Positions 20,581 through 34,780 of a stretch of DNA of 64,000 nt are shown here, in pieces. A model generated the notes under the pieces. It did no database searches. It saw only the letters and a program-made list of their open reading frames with translations, and was not told where the DNA came from. The translations under genes were made by a program, and so were the position numbers. Each line of letters begins with the position of its first letter. The first letter of the stretch is position 1. The stretch is from Tubulanus polymorphus (Eukaryota; Animalia; Nemertea): contig NC_134026.1 in NCBI RefSeq assembly GCF_964204645.1, positions 13,762,050 to 13,826,049 on the forward strand. Direction: 5' to 3'.

Positions 20581-22480
20581 TCCAACAGCTTGTAACTCAC
20601 GAACTACGCCGCGCATCAATATGGAATTTTCAACACAGTACAAGATGCTTATTATCTTTCCTCGAAATTTAGTTCAAGTAAATCGGATGACAATTATAAG
20701 ATTTATCAAGTTCATAACTTTTGAAGTGGGAAAAAACGGCACTATGGCCGGTTTTGGTCACGTGATCTGAAAACCCTATAAATGGGTCAAAGGTAAAAGT
20801 GCAGATCCGCACCTCTCGTAAATGGTTCAATTACATTAAAATTACATGCAATAACTCTGTTTCAGAGTCGAAATTTTAGTCGGATTTTGTCTCGAGATTG
20901 TCACGATATTTGAACCAGACACCATAGGCCTATTGGATGGGTAAATCTGAAGTGAAGATTTGTTTAGGACATTTGCTGAAACAATGTTTCATGAACTACT
21001 CAATTTGAGGAAGAAAAATAGAAATTTCTTATAAATTTCAACGAACATATTAGACAAATTGGCTAGAATTAATAACCCCAGTGACAGTTGGCAAAAAAGT
21101 GATGAGTTTTATGCACTGGTTTCATCAAAAATACTTTAGACAAATCTTCACTTTTGATTTACCTATCCAATATGGCGTCCTTTTGACAAATCATCCCGAT
21201 TCCGAGGTAGAAACCTCGCCAAAATCTACTTTCTAGTGAAGATATCATAATATAAATCACTGCATTGGATTCCGTGAGACATTCTGAAGCTAGAACAGTA
21301 TATAATAATTCAGTATATATTCCTTTAGTCTGAATACCAGTCGTTGTTACGGTCCCTACAACGTCTGACGCTAAAGTATCATGTAGAGGTTAACTCCTGT
21401 TAATTGCAATGCATCAACTGATTTTAATGTCAAATCAAGCCTTTGTACTAAAAGAAATTAATTAGTTACCTTTTTGACTTTGAAAACGTGTTTTATAATA
21501 AAAATTTTGATGATTTAAATCGCGAACCGGAGAATTTATTTATTTGAATTGAATTGATTGCCACAATCGGGATTTCCAATACGGACTAAATTAATAAAAT
21601 GTGAAAATTCAATATGTCTCTCTAAAATTACTCTAAATTATATTTTTTGTTCATGAAACGCATAAATTTTGGTCAATTTTAACCTTAAGAATTTGAAACA
21701 AGAATAATATCTGCATTGGCATCAAGGTCAGTCCGTGTTTAAGCCCGAATCCGTCATTTACACTCCCATCATGCACCACGAAAAGCCGCCATATTTGTTA
21801 TGTTGCTTCACTTCAACTGTTTTTTGAGGCGATAAGTCAAAAGTTTTGAGCTACAACTATCGTCAAAAGCCACTAAGGATTACAAATTTATGCACAAACA
21901 ATAGTTAACTTCCATCCGATTAAAGAACAGTCAGTTTGAGGTAAGTTGATGGTGTTTTAAGGGGTGAAATAGACGCTCAAAGCCTCGTCCCTCAAAATGA
22001 GGGATGAAAATTAACCTTATATGAGCACTTTCGCCAGACGTTGTTTGAGGAACAATGGCTAGGTACTAGACTAATATTCCTTGTATATTGTATCTTCGGA
22101 CGATAATGTCACGTGATGACTCGCTGGGTGCTAGAGCAAACTCCGAATGCAGAAAAACGTAGACGGTACAAACTCGCGTACTTTGTGGCGGACTGTTATG
22201 GTGTTATTGCGTCAATCACGTGAGGTGCAGATCTGCACTTTTACTGGTTCGTGCTGATTCAAATATCCAAAGTGGATATTTAACGGTTTTCAGATCACGT
22301 GATCAAAATCGGCCATAGTGCCGTTTTTTCCCACTTCAAAAGTTATGAACTTGATAAATTTATTAATTGTCATCCGATTTACTTGAACTAAATTTTCGAG
22401 GAAAGATAATAAGCATCTTGTACTGTGTTGAAAATTCCATATTGATGCGCGGCGTAGTTCGTGAGTTACTAGCTGTTGGA
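20581..22480. mobile_element. Segment bounded by ~195-bp inverted repeats (non-autonomous DNA transposon or head-to-head ends)
   Basis: 20581-20776 is the reverse complement of 22285-22480. A further inverted match at ~20794-20815 / ~22222-22243, and a nested small inverted repeat at ~20931 / ~21172. No TSD identified. Confidence 0.65.
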
Positions 22481-22699
22481 CTCAACTTAAAATTGTTGAT
22501 TGACAGTTGCGCGTGTACTCTTCACCGCGGATTTCGAAAAATGCAGTTTTGAGATGCCCATCTTCTAGGCTATCCTGCAGAAAAGGGGCAGGACTAGGGA
22601 TCACAAAACCTTCACAGGTGTTTTCAAAAGTTCTTGATTGACATCCAGGTATGCCGTACTTGTTTGTACCGGCAATTTTACAGGTTTTACGACTCTTAA

Positions 22700-23356
22700 C
22701 TCTTTCGATGTCGTCGGCGAACCGGTTCGCCGAGAATTGATGTGAAATTGGTTATCTTAGAACGCTGTTGGCGAAAATATTCACCGATGTCAATCAGGTG
22801 ACACGGTCGCTGATTGGCTAGTCGTTAAAGCTATTCGAAGCATCTAAGCCAATCACCCACATGTAGGCGGTTACTACTAGCTGAGCTTCCATGAATTTCA
22901 ATGTCACTACACGTGTTTTGAATGGTTAGATGCACTGACATACATACTAACTGTGTTAGTAACTAGGCGCTTAGTGCATACATATATGAATGTATACAAT
23001 ACGCGGCTACAGCGTTATATAGACTCGCATACATTTACAAGCGTCTGCAGTTATTTGAAACAATCATGGCAAACAAACGTTTTACAGCTGAGCAAGTCAG
23101 AGATCTCGTTTTTGATAGCGGCAATGATGATGATAATGTAGATAAAAGTGATAATGAAAGTGAAAACACATTTGAAAGCGATGAAGCAAGTCAAAGTGAC
23201 GAGGAAGCACCACCAGCGCTTCCTTCAGACAGCTCTGGAAGTGAACACCGATCCAGTCGTACCTGCTCCAGCTGTCACTGCTCCAGCTAGGGGTCGAGGT
23301 CGTGGTCGAGGCCGTGGAGGTCATCAACAAGCCCTGCAGCCCGCTCGTCAATGGGT
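22700..23356 (+). mobile_element. piggyBac-like 5' end and transposase N-terminus, truncated
   Basis: TTAA (22696-22699) followed by CTCTTTCG. ORF from 23066, MANKRFTAEQVRDLVFDS plus an acidic S/D/E tract, then RGRGRGRG..QW after a frameshift. Confidence 0.55.
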
Positions 23357-24100
23357 CAGAGATGCTAGTTTTCCGGAAATATCCGGAATTCCGGAAATTT
23401 AGGATCGCCGATGTCAATTCCGGAAATTGGGTGAGAATTCCTCGCGGCGACCAGTAATGGCACGGACCGTAAAAGCGTTCGTTTGTTTGTACTCGTCGTC
23501 GCTTCTGTGTTATTTTATCTTGGTCTCTGTTTCCGAGGACGTTCTGCTAAAATGTGTATATGTGTGCTTGTTGTGGTATCTGTGCTTGCATAGGCGGAGC
23601 GCCACTGTTGTGACGCCATTTCCAATTAAAAGTCAAATCTTTACGCGCCGTTGTACATCGTCCCGCTGACGGCTAACAATGTGAAGATGCACGTGGTAAT
23701 AATTAAGATGATATTTAATAAATATCATCTTAATTATTACCACGTGGGTGCTATGTCCTGAGGCATGCAGTTTTGTAACTTTCTTTTTACCTGCAGCTCT
23801 CAAGCGGGACGGTCTGCAAAATGAGCACGCACGGAAAGATTGTCAGTCGGGAGTCAGCCGATATAAAGGCAATTGACAGCGGTATAAAAAATAAATTTTA
23901 CTGGCACTGGCTAGAGTGTAAGGACAGTAACGGAGACTACTTATCGAACTACATTCGTAAGTTAGACTTTGCTGGCGTGGCGTACTGCGTCGTTTGTAAA
24001 GACCAGGTCAAATACGGTAGTGGCGAGAAAAAAGATATTCTTCGTCACCCGGATAGCGCGCGGCATGAGAAGGCAGCGAGGGGTATGAAGCACAACGAAT
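23357..24100 (+). mobile_element. hAT-like transposon 5' end with N-terminal zinc-finger exon, truncated
   Basis: Starts CAGAGATGCTAG with repeated TTCCGGAA subterminal motifs. ORF 23821: KNKFYWHWLE..YIRKL..AYCVVC..YGS..KDILRH..SARH (BED-like finger). Acceptor-like TTTTACCTGCAG at ~23796. Confidence 0.55.
23690..23746. repeat. Perfect 57-bp palindrome (28-bp arms, 1-nt spacer)
   Basis: CACGTGGTAATAATTAAGATGATATTTA-A-TAAATATCATCTTAATTATTACCACGTG. Confidence 0.95.
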
Positions 24101-24290
24101 GCCGAACTTTTTATCGACTTTAGCTATAAGGCCACATACATTCAGCGTAGAAAACTTTAATGATGATTTGATACAAGGCATTTCACTTATGTTTGCTGCG
24201 TTTGCTGTACTAGTGACATTTTGCTTATTTAAATCAGAAGTGTCAACATTTCGCATATTTACATCAGAAATGACAATGTTAGGAGTGACA
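24100..24290 (-). pseudogene. LINE ORF2 AP-endonuclease start fragment
   Basis: SLKFSTLNVCGLIAKV resembles the first APE strand (xNVxGL). Short, so weak. Confidence 0.4.
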
Positions 24291-24293
24291 ATG

Positions 24294-24735
24294 TATGACA
24301 TTATTTTCCGTCATGGCCATTTTCCCACATATTCTTGGACATTTTCCCATATGTTTTTCATTGTTTATTTTATAATACTTTATTTAGACATTATTTAATG
24401 GCTGGATATCTGAGAGGAGTGAAAATGAAATTTAGGATTAGTTTTTGAATTTATTGAGTAAATCATTCATGTTCACTTCATTCATGTTCAATATCAATAG
24501 ATCAAAGAAGTCAATTTTGCTTTGATCTACCAAACCTTTGTATCAAACCTAATATTTTTCTTTTGTCACATGAGTGAAATTTGAGCTGAAGTCAGTTTCC
24601 CAATTAGGCCTAGGCAATTTTGCTTTTAGAAGTAAAATTTAAATATTATAAAGAAAAAAAAATTATAAAGAAAAACATGTGGGAAAATGTCCAAGAATAT
24701 GTGGGAATATGGCCATGAGGGAAAATAATGTCATA
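24294..24735. mobile_element. MITE with ~65-bp imperfect terminal inverted repeats
   Basis: TATGACATTATTTTCC..CCCACATATTCTTGGACATTTTCCCA / TGGGAAAATGTCCAAGAATATGTGGG..GGAAAATAATGTCATA. Confidence 0.7.
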
Positions 24736-26892
24736 TGGGAAAACGTCCATGTGGAAAAATGTCATGTTATATCAGGTACATGATCGTTACGAGGCCTATT
24801 AACATCAGGGTATGTATCTACCGTATGAGAATTTGCATGCGAGCCAATGATATTTCTATTTACATTTGGATTACTGTCACATAAATTTACACTATTTACA
24901 AATTCAATAACATAACAACAACTTTGAGATACGAGAACAGTCCGGTCTACGAATTGTACGCATTGTTCCTTCCGCTGGTTCCTAGTGGCTGTCCATCGGT
25001 ACGCGGTCACGGTTTTCGCGGATAACTAGTTTGTCCCGAACAAAGAAAGCTTTTTTTCTGTTTGCTTTCGCGGCTCTCAGCTAAGGGAGCTTTTCGCGTC
25101 GTGTCGCTGCCCATTCCTCAGGCACCTGTTCATTTAGTCCTATAGGCGAGCCCGCCAGATTCTTTGCAACTGAATGTACCAGTTCACGATCTTTGAAAAA
25201 CTTGAATTTTGCAAACATTGAGCGCAGTTTTTTCTACTGCGGAGCTCTGATGGTAGCGCCCTCGTTTTAGTAACACGTGTAGCTCACCAAAATCATTGAA
25301 GCCGTTTATCTTTAGATAAAGGATTATCTATTGATAGAAAAAGATTTGTTTGAAAATATTTGAACTAAAATTAATTATGCATACGCCCGGGGTCATCTTG
25401 ACGAAAAAAACGTTTGTGTCGATATGCAGATGAATTTTAAACAATGCTAATTTGCATTAGAAATACCGTACTGGTGGACCAACATTGTGTAGTATATAGT
25501 TGAAATCAAACGAGGGAATTGTTGGGGCTCGTTATCTATGATACCACCTCTGTGCGGGTATTGTCTTGATAAGCCTCTACGTCATACTTGCACTACGATA
25601 TAATGTTAAGGTATATTGATGAGATCATTACATAACAGAGTAGCTACAATTGATGTGGCAACTACGAGGGAACGTAGACTTAGTTCTGATCGGTGTACAA
25701 GTTTCATTCTCAAGTTCATTTTTACCCTGAATTCCAAGACCTGTAGCTTCAGAATGGTTTCCCATTTTTCATTTTTCATTTTCCAAAAATCGAACAAATT
25801 TGCTAACAAATGAGGTTATAACTTTGACACGAAGTCATGCAATCTACTATGTTTATGTGCAAAATGTAGCTTCATCATGCGGCTAAAATCTGTTGGAAAT
25901 GGAATTTTGTATATCGCATTCACTTCAGAGAAATAGACGAATTCGTGGCGAATTTTAAAGAAATTTCAAGAAGCTTTTTGTTTCATAAAACGGCTAGAAG
26001 GCTGATGTAGAACGTTACATTGAAGTTAAATAACTGCTCGCTACGGTTGGCTGAGCTCCCGCTGTCAATCAATGTAAAAGGGCATATTCGATTGACGCAG
26101 ACAAATTGGTCTTTTAATCTTCTCATCTATTAATCTGCTCGGTTCTAGTTTCTCATTTCCCAGTCATGGGAGAGTCTTTCGATTCGGTCTCCCCATATTT
26201 ATTTCATTATGCAAATAACCGATTCAATCGATACGCTACTTCACGGAAGATTATGCGCGCACAATCGAATAGGCCCAAACCTCGTGATGATTGCTGATTA
26301 GATTTCGATGATGTTGTTCACCGAAATCAGCAGATTTTACACATCCATGAAGTATTCAAGGAAAACCTTAAAGATGCATCAATCAGATGGCGCCCATACA
26401 TTACAAAGATAACATTCTGCGCCCGAGATATTAAGATCCGTGGATCTCTTGTTGTTGGTATACTATGGGAAGGGATCTTAAACATTACACAATTGTGGCT
26501 TATCTTGAGCATCTTTGTCTGCACGAGGATGCTTTCCTGGACCCATTTTTCACTAAAAATTAACGTGAAATAACAACGGAATGTCACAATGCAAATCTCG
26601 TGCTATGAGCTGGTTACCATTGGTTACTTATTTGTTTGCAAGGCTCTTTTCAGTATAGTCTTAACAAACTGCTTAATCCGGGTTTTGGTCTAATCTGGAC
26701 AATATCTGCAGTCCATTTGTTTATTAATATACAAGAAAATGACTTACCGGGTAATCGGCATTTCCCGTAAACCGGATGAATTGTGTTGGACAATAATGAT
26801 CTGAATTAAACAGGTTCTACTGTGGTAAGTTTATATAATTATGTTTACCCATCATTTTTCAGGACCCAATGGTTTAATCAGTATTTTGCAAA

Positions 26893-27310
26893 ATGAGCAA
26901 TCATTCAAATATAGCAGTTACCCAGCATGTACGACAATTGAAATTGGATGGAGCTGCTCAGCAACGAGTTTGTTTACAGCTACTTCCACCGAAGGTTTCT
27001 TCCCTAAGAAATTTGAAAGAAAATTCCGATTTATTCGTGAGACCAATGAATTCTGGCTTGGATGTAAGATCAACTGCTTTTAAAAATGAACAGGGACTTT
27101 TAACTGATGAAGATAAAGATACAGCAAACAATATATGTGGAGTATTGGCATCAACATCTAATTTAAAAGCATCTGGTGTGCGCCTAATTCCTAATTCAAC
27201 TAGTGATTATTCAGGAAAATTGGAACCAGTTATTCAAGGGCAATCTACTGAAATAGGAAAAGTCATTTTATCGCCATCAATGAATGATCCTGAAGTTGAT
27301 TCAGGCACAG
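26893..27310 (+). CDS. Probable first coding exon of a host C2H2 zinc-finger gene
   Basis: Acceptor TTTTTCAG before 26863, ATG at 26893, donor AG|GTAGGT after 27310 in phase 1. This phase fits the exon at 32399. Confidence 0.55.
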
Positions 27311-28394
27311 GTAGGTGAAACATTTTGCCATCATAGAATTTCCAATTTCGGCGTATTCTACTGTTTTATCATTGGTTTTTCCCTGTTCAGTAGCAAACCA
27401 TTGCATTGGATTATTAATCAGGCTTTCTGCTGCCTTCATTGAAAACCCACTTGATAATCTTTATTATAAGGGTTTCTGCTGCTTCGCCGAAACCCTCTTG
27501 TAATTCGGTTGATCATTATTATTACTTGTCCCATTTCCAGCCAAAAATTTTTCAAGAAATGAAACGCCTCTCAGATTCGACTACTAACAGCCTGTAAACG
27601 TTATCTTCAATTCGCAGAGATATATAACCTATCGATGCACTGTTTTAAATTTGCGTTTTGCTATATATTATGAATTAATCTCGCGTATTTACTGGGACTA
27701 AAAAGCGACAAGAAAACGCAAAGAATCGTCATCCATTGATAAAAGTGCACCCAGAGAAAGCCTAAATTTACCGGAAGACCTTGAGCATCTACTCAACCGT
27801 AAGTCAGGGATTCGGACTCACATTAGTCCGGACACGTCAATTCTCGCCATCTGATTCATATATGACCGATTCAAAAAGCAAATGTTTTCGCAAATCAAGT
27901 TATCGGACTGATATAAGTCCCAATCCGTCATTTCCCGTTTCTGATTCATCTATTGCCGCCATTTTGTACCATCTTCCGTTTGGCAGATGAACTCAACATT
28001 ACCTAAATCACTTCAAAGACGTCGACGCAGTTGATGCCACATCATGTTTGAATCCCGACAATGCTATAATTTTAGTAGTAGTAGTAGTAGTAGTTAGATG
28101 CATGAGCCAATTGGCCCTTTCATCCTCATTGTCCTCTTCGTGTCTCATTGGGCATATGTGGTTCGCCTTATAGTCGCAACTTTGTACAAATTTTATACAT
28201 ATAAATAGTTTGTGAGTGATTGTTAGTATATAAGGACGAAAAGGATTCCCCCACTCGTGTGACACCCAGCTGTGGATCTGGCAACACCTCTATGACTTAA
28301 CCAATTACTGAACAAGTCTAGGCGCACGGAGTAGACAACTACCCCACCGACATGCACCCTGGGTATACCATTCCGAATGAGAGCATCATTTCAT

Positions 28395-29651
28395 GTTGCT
28401 AGATCTAAGTGCTGCATTTGACACAATCGACCATGACATTCTACTTAAACGCCTCGAATACCGTTTCAGAGTGACTGGAGTCGTACTGGATTGGTTTAAA
28501 ACATTTTTGTCAGAACCAACAACAAGTTGTTCTAAACAGGCAGTCATCTTCAATTTTTAGGCCAGCCTTAGGCTCAGCCTATTACTATACAAATGGAGCG
28601 AATTTAAATGACATGGTTTCCAGAGTAAAGGCTCTTTAACTGTGCAACTGAGCATATATTCATACAAATCATTCATTAGAGCATTATCCATTTGCCAAAC
28701 TCTACGTAGCTGAATTTTGAAAGAGGGCCTCGTTAAAATTTATATGAGCTTTTTAGCGAATATCTGATCGCAGAATTATTGGTTTTGAAAAGCCAATCAG
28801 AAAGCAAATGCTCCTCTATGATTGGCTTAGCCGCAGAAATGAGCAGGCATTCACGTGAACCCGCGGTATCGTCTACCGTTTTACATCTGGGTTTTATTTT
28901 CAGATCTAAAATTGTATTTCAAGATCGATTTCTGTGAAAGCTTTAGTTGATTTGGTTTTTGGGAGGAATATTTTTATTAGCACTACAGAAAATATCATTG
29001 ACCATTGTGCAAAGTCCGGGAAAAATAGCTTTTTCTTAAATCAGATAGATGACCTTGATATGCTAATTAGCCATGTGCTCGAACTACAAATTCAATCAAA
29101 TTTTATTCTCTAAACTGCAATAGTCTGTTACTTGGTACAAGTCAGTACAATATAAAAAAGTTGCAGATTATCCAAAACTCTGCTGCCCGACTTGTAACAA
29201 GATCAAAAAAGTTTGACTCGATTACGCCAATATTTGCTGAGCTACACTGGCTTCCAGTTGCTAAACGCATTGATTTCAAAGTTCTGCTCATGGTTTTTGA
29301 AGTATTGAATGATTTGGCACCAAGTTACATTTGTGATCTAATCACATTATATACTCCTACCCAGATCCTTACGATCCACTTATACAATTTTACTAAATCT
29401 GTCTCATTTAACACCAAATTTTACGGCCACCGCGCCTTTGCCTCAGCAGCTCCAATCTTATGGAATGCTTTACCTTTTAGAATAAGATCCTGGAGTGATG
29501 TAGTTACTTTTAACACTGAGCTGAAAACTTTTCTTTTTAGGCAATATTTTAATTGACTGTTCAAATTTGTTTTTATAGCCTTGTATATTTGTAAACCGCG
29601 CTGAAATGTATACGGAGCGCGGTATATAAGAAATAAATGTTATTATTATTT
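28395..29651 (+). mobile_element. L2/CR1-clade LINE remnant (RT fragment and 3' end), internally deleted or interrupted
   Basis: [21 protein letters not shown] at ~28395. QNSAARLV..ITPIFAELHWLPV..RIDFK..RAFASAAPILWNALP..LKTFLF at 29161-29556. 3' stem-loop ACCGCGCT..AGCGCGGT, AATAAA and (TTA)n tail. Confidence 0.88.
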
Positions 29652-32398
29652 ACAGTGCTTCATCTAGCATTAAAAAAGTGCAGGGTGCTGATTTGAAATA
29701 AGGGCATTTTTGTGCGTGATTCCATTGGAGGAACCTGCAATGTTCCCTATTGTATAGAATCGAGGTACCCCCTACTACGATTGAGGACTAGAAACTATGT
29801 TTAACTCTGATTTTGCCATGAGTGGCAAACTTGACCACAGTACATCCTTACACCTATGCCTGTCAATGAACAAAAGTTAATCTATTGATAGGGCTTTCAA
29901 AATGATTTGGAAAACCAGTTGCATATTTTTAATCTTAGAAATATCAAATTAATTGATGTCAATTGATAGTGTTAGTGATTGGCAAGTAACTGTTGATAAT
30001 TGGTAAGCAGCCAGCTTAAGAACACATTATTGCTATTAGGTTACTCAAACTAATTGTCTCTGCGAGTCTCTCTGTGAGTTCACCGAAAAAAGTTTTTCAC
30101 TTTGTATATATAAATTTGTCTAATAGTCTAGATAAAAAGATCCAGAGCATCACGATGTGTTCAAAACGAAACAATCCATTGGATATTCACTACTAGCTTT
30201 ACAACGGCAGTCGCTAGAGTGATTGGCAGTAGTTTGGAAGTCACCCAATTTCCTGGAAACTTAAACTAGGCCACGCGTACGAGGCACGTTTTCACACGAT
30301 GCACACTGACTGCAGTACATTTAAATATAACCACTGATCACATGAGCTACTATCGTTGATATCATATGAGATATTTCATAGCCGTCGCAGGATACTTACT
30401 AACAGTGGGATGCGACGGCTTATTTTGAAAGCCCTGGCTCATTACTCGTGACTGACAACGGCAGGAGGGTGGCACAAGGGCCAGCATGGGACACATCTGA
30501 AGGGCACAAGGGCGGCTATTTTCGGGGGCGGGGCAGAACGCACCTCTGTTTTTGGCTAGATGAAGCACTGATTTATTATCTAGGAGGTGCCGTACAGGTC
30601 ACACTTGTAAAATCTTTCAATTGCTACTAGTCCTACAATCATTATCTGATATTGACAAAGCTTGGTTTGTAGATGCTATGGGCCAAGGGCTAAAAAGTTA
30701 TAGAGCTGTTTTCTGGATTTGAACTCTTGAGAGTGCTGTGTAGGTGGTCCTTGTAAAATCTTATCATAAAACAGCGGAGCAATATCTACCGATAGCCTGC
30801 TTAATTAAAATCGTTGTTTATTTCTGAATGCAAATTCTTCACTGAACAAATTGATGCATAAAGGTAGATCAACCTAATTAACAAAATTAACAACCATTAA
30901 CAAAATTATTGATCAAAACGCGCAAGTGCGACAGACTAGTCCATGCAACTGCCACCAGGGGACTTTGAAAGAACCATATGTTCTGTTATGCTATTTTGGT
31001 ACATCGATACTTTTTACGTGGTAGCCCTTGTTCGAGCTGGATCATATCCAGCCGATTGTTGACCCAGGTTGCGCTTATTGGAAATAAGTTATAATTTATG
31101 GAATGTAGAATTATTTTCGATGACGCTTCCCAGTGCGATACCGGGTATATAAACCAGTTAGGCAGAAAACCCGTTATCGCTGCTATGCAGCTATATTTAT
31201 TAATAGAATTTATTATTATTATCTGTATACGAAACTATGTACCAAATAGTGTCGCCGTGAAGAAGAATTGGGCCTTGAAATTTTGTGTGGTAGTCAATCA
31301 TTGTATAAACTAATGCCACGGGTACAAACGGGTGTGAAAATGTTTATAGGGGGCCAAATAGAGGCAGACAAAATTTCAGCCAATCACTAAGCAGGAATTC
31401 TAATCATAGACTCTTACTGCATTAAAACAATTCTACAGTACAGTAACATGCAGTCACAATGGCCCAGTGAGTAGAGGTCAGGAGGTTGAGTCCTGCACAG
31501 ATCCGCATATATTTTGTTTACCTCCAATAGTTACCGGTCTCCGGTACAGGTCATCAAAGCTTATAGGGTCTCCACAGGCATGGCCACATAGATTTGAAAC
31601 CATTCTGTATCACAAGTACTAGGCTGCATTGACAAATTCTGTACATAATATTAATCAGAATTCCACTGTTTACTCACTGTGAGCCTCTAAACATTGAAAT
31701 TTAAGCCCGATTCAAAAATGGTCACCGGAAAACGTTATGTATTTTCCATTTACTGGTCGACATACACTCGGGGTGTATTTTACACTCAGGCATTTCACCT
31801 GATGTTGGGAGCATCAGTTGTCTTTAGTAACATTCTAGTTATAACTTTGCTGCATTTGGGTTAAATGCTGAAATTAGGTCAGGAAACAGGAAATTTGAAG
31901 TCTGGATGCCACTCAACGACATGCTGATGGAGATAACCAAATGTATCTTCAGGTTTTCAGCCTGTCTGTATAGTAAATTTAGATTAGGGGTGCGCTTTGG
32001 ATCAAGGGCTGTTAACATATATTTCAATTATTTGATAATTTCATAGATAGCTTGAACTCATATCAGAAGTCAATATTTAATGTTCTTCCAATATCAAAGC
32101 CTATTTTCAAGTGATCATATGGCATATATCTGTACATTTTTCTAGAGTGATACATATTTAGGAAGTATTGTTTTCATTTATTTATAACCCAGCTTGATTT
32201 AATGATAGCTAAAATTTTCTTAATTTAGTTTGAAATCTGTGGTTAGTTGAAAAGTGTAGTTTTTCCTTGACAACCATTATCCCTTTCAGGCTCCCATATT
32301 TAGTGATTGAACTACTTTTTCCAGGTTCTTGGTAACCATGGTATTTCTTATACTATTGGAATGTGTTTATATATATGTATAAATATTCTGTTTTCCAG

Positions 32399-33393
32399 AT
32401 TCTGACTTTGTTGCTGCCATGGTTACAATATCGACTCAGCACTCACAGACTGAAAGTTCTGATATCCTTGCAGTTCAGGATGATTCCCCAGCACTTAATT
32501 TGCCTCAGCTTGTGAGTCGATTGAGTGCACGTGAGAAAGTAGATTCAAGTCCCACAGTTCTTTACCCATGTGATCTCTGTGGTAAAACTTATGCATCTCG
32601 CAAAAACATGAGACGTCACAGAGTGATTCATGAAACACCGTCGCAGCATACTTGCCGTCTGTGTCAGAAATCATTTCTACGGTCCGATGCCTTGCGACGA
32701 CATTTAAAAACTCATGAAATTGATGTTAATCATCCTCAAAAACAGAAGATAGCAGCAATGTCCTGTTTAGAAGATGGTGAGGTAATTCTTCGAGGTAAAG
32801 GACGCCCACTTATTTGTAAAAAGATTGGAAATGTAAATGATGATATTAGTATGGCTGCTGCAGTGATATTAATGGAAAATCAGGAGGACAAACGTAAGGC
32901 AGCTGCAGAAGCTGAGGAAAGAAAAAAGCGGCTTATTGCTCGCCAAATCCAAAATACTATAACGCTTGCGATGAAAGAAGACAAAAAAACCAAAGTGTTT
33001 GAACAGGGAGAAGTGGAAGTTAGACAGAGGTCAGAAAGCAATTTTGCAATGTCTTTAGAAGTTGGAGGCAAATCCAAAGGGCATTCAAGAAAAAGACAAC
33101 AGGAAAAGGAGATTGAGGAAAGATTATTACGTGAAGAAGAAGAACGGTATGAGGAGGCAAAACGCTTAAGGTTAGAGCAAGAGAGAATTGAACAGTTGCA
33201 GGCAAATTCTGATTCAGATGCTGAAACTTCATCTGCTGCTGCAGTTATAGCGGAAATGAATGTCAACCAAACAAGCTATAGCCATGATATGTTACAAATG
33301 ATTCAAAAGCAAGGGAAATCTATGAAATCATCAAAAAGAAGCACATGTAATATTCTTAAAAGGCGTTCCCCTCGGACTATAAGTAATAACTGA
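32399..33393 (+). CDS. Host C2H2 zinc-finger protein exon (two fingers, E/K/R-rich coiled coil)
   Basis: Acceptor TTTTCCAG|AT gives the frame of ORF 32419-33393. Fingers YPCDLCGKTYASRKNMRRHRVIH and HTCRLCQKSFLRSDALRRHLKTH. The 3' boundary is uncertain (possible donor before the stop and a small exon 33431-33486). Confidence 0.75.
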
Positions 33394-34780
33394 TTTTTTG
33401 TACCATGTTATTCCTTATCAATATCATCAGAAATAGTGAGGCAAAATGAGGAAGAATTGTGGGTTTTGGTGAATGTACCCAAGTTGGTATGTATAATGCA
33501 ATGATTTTTCCACAAAGCCTTTTAAATTACTTTTTGGTCCACTTAAATGTTTTCATTAGAATATTTCAATTGTATGACCATCATGGTTTTCCATCTAGTT
33601 ACTTTTAGAAGTTATGTTCATCTCAATTTTCAATCTAATGATTTGCAAAAAAGTTTTTTCGTTTCTTCCATCACTTGAATATAATTCATCACAATTCTAC
33701 TTCTTTTTCATATTCTACAGTCCTTGCCAGGTTTCATGTAGAAAATGCTCAGATGAAGAAAAAAAAAATTACCTTCCATTTAAAGTACCTGTCATAGAAA
33801 AACTTTTTTCATTTCATTATTTTTTCCCGCTGCGCCCTCCCACTCTTATCTTGAAATCTCCGAGTTATTAAAAAAGGGCTGATTCCCATTTTGCACAAAA
33901 TTCTAAATGATTGCCACCAAAAAATGAAATTGAACATAAAACAATTGGGCTGAATTAAGTCTGGCTTGGGATTGTTTATGAGGATTTAAGGGGATTGAAT
34001 ACTGATGCTTACCTTATTTGGGATGTCAGGCTCCGATGTCTGTACGCAATTGGCTTGACAAATGGGCGATTCACCTGAGCATTTCTGAAACAAGGTAGGG
34101 TAAAGTTCATCCTGAGAAGAATTGCATTTTGAAAGTCATTGAGGTGCATAAATTATGTATCATTATTTAACCCCTTCCCCCTTTGTACACAATTGTATGC
34201 AATTTAATGAAAACTCCCTCCCCACAAAGCGTATGTAATAAATGGGGGTAGGTCTGAAACACGGCCCCGGTCCCGGCCGCGGCCGCACACGTCTATAACA
34301 CGGCCCAGGCCCCATTTACGATAATACAAAATGCTAAAGTTGTAAATACTAATACTTTTGCGAGTTTATGTATCGGTTACAGTTCTATTTGAATTTACTT
34401 TGCACAGTTTGGTGAATCAACTTGCCATCATTTTTACACTGAACTCGTTGAAAATGTGACAAATCTCCAAGCAATGAACACGGAAAGAGTACAGCTAGGG
34501 ATAAGTTGATTTTTGTATGTGAGAGAAAGTGCATGGAAGTGTGAATTAACCCTTTTCTTCTCTTATGTAACATTTCTTTTTTGGGTGGTATATCCTACAA
34601 GCTATGCTTTTTTATATCTTCTCTGATAAATTATGTAAATTTATACGTAATTTTTGCAAAAACATCATAATTTATAATAAATTTATATTAGGCCTATTTG
34701 CTATAAATTGCTATAATTTTCAGAAAATGGACAAACAAACAATTATAGTGTTCGTTTTATCCCACAATGATCAACTAGTA

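Noticed and set aside
28073-28094. (AGT)n run resembling a Polinton terminus
   Set aside because: No TIR or viral genes adjacent. A simple microsatellite or retroelement tail.
31455-31500. tRNA-like A/B boxes (TGGCCCAGTGAG..GGTTGAGTCC)
   Set aside because: Spacing too short and no cloverleaf. At most a decayed SINE head.
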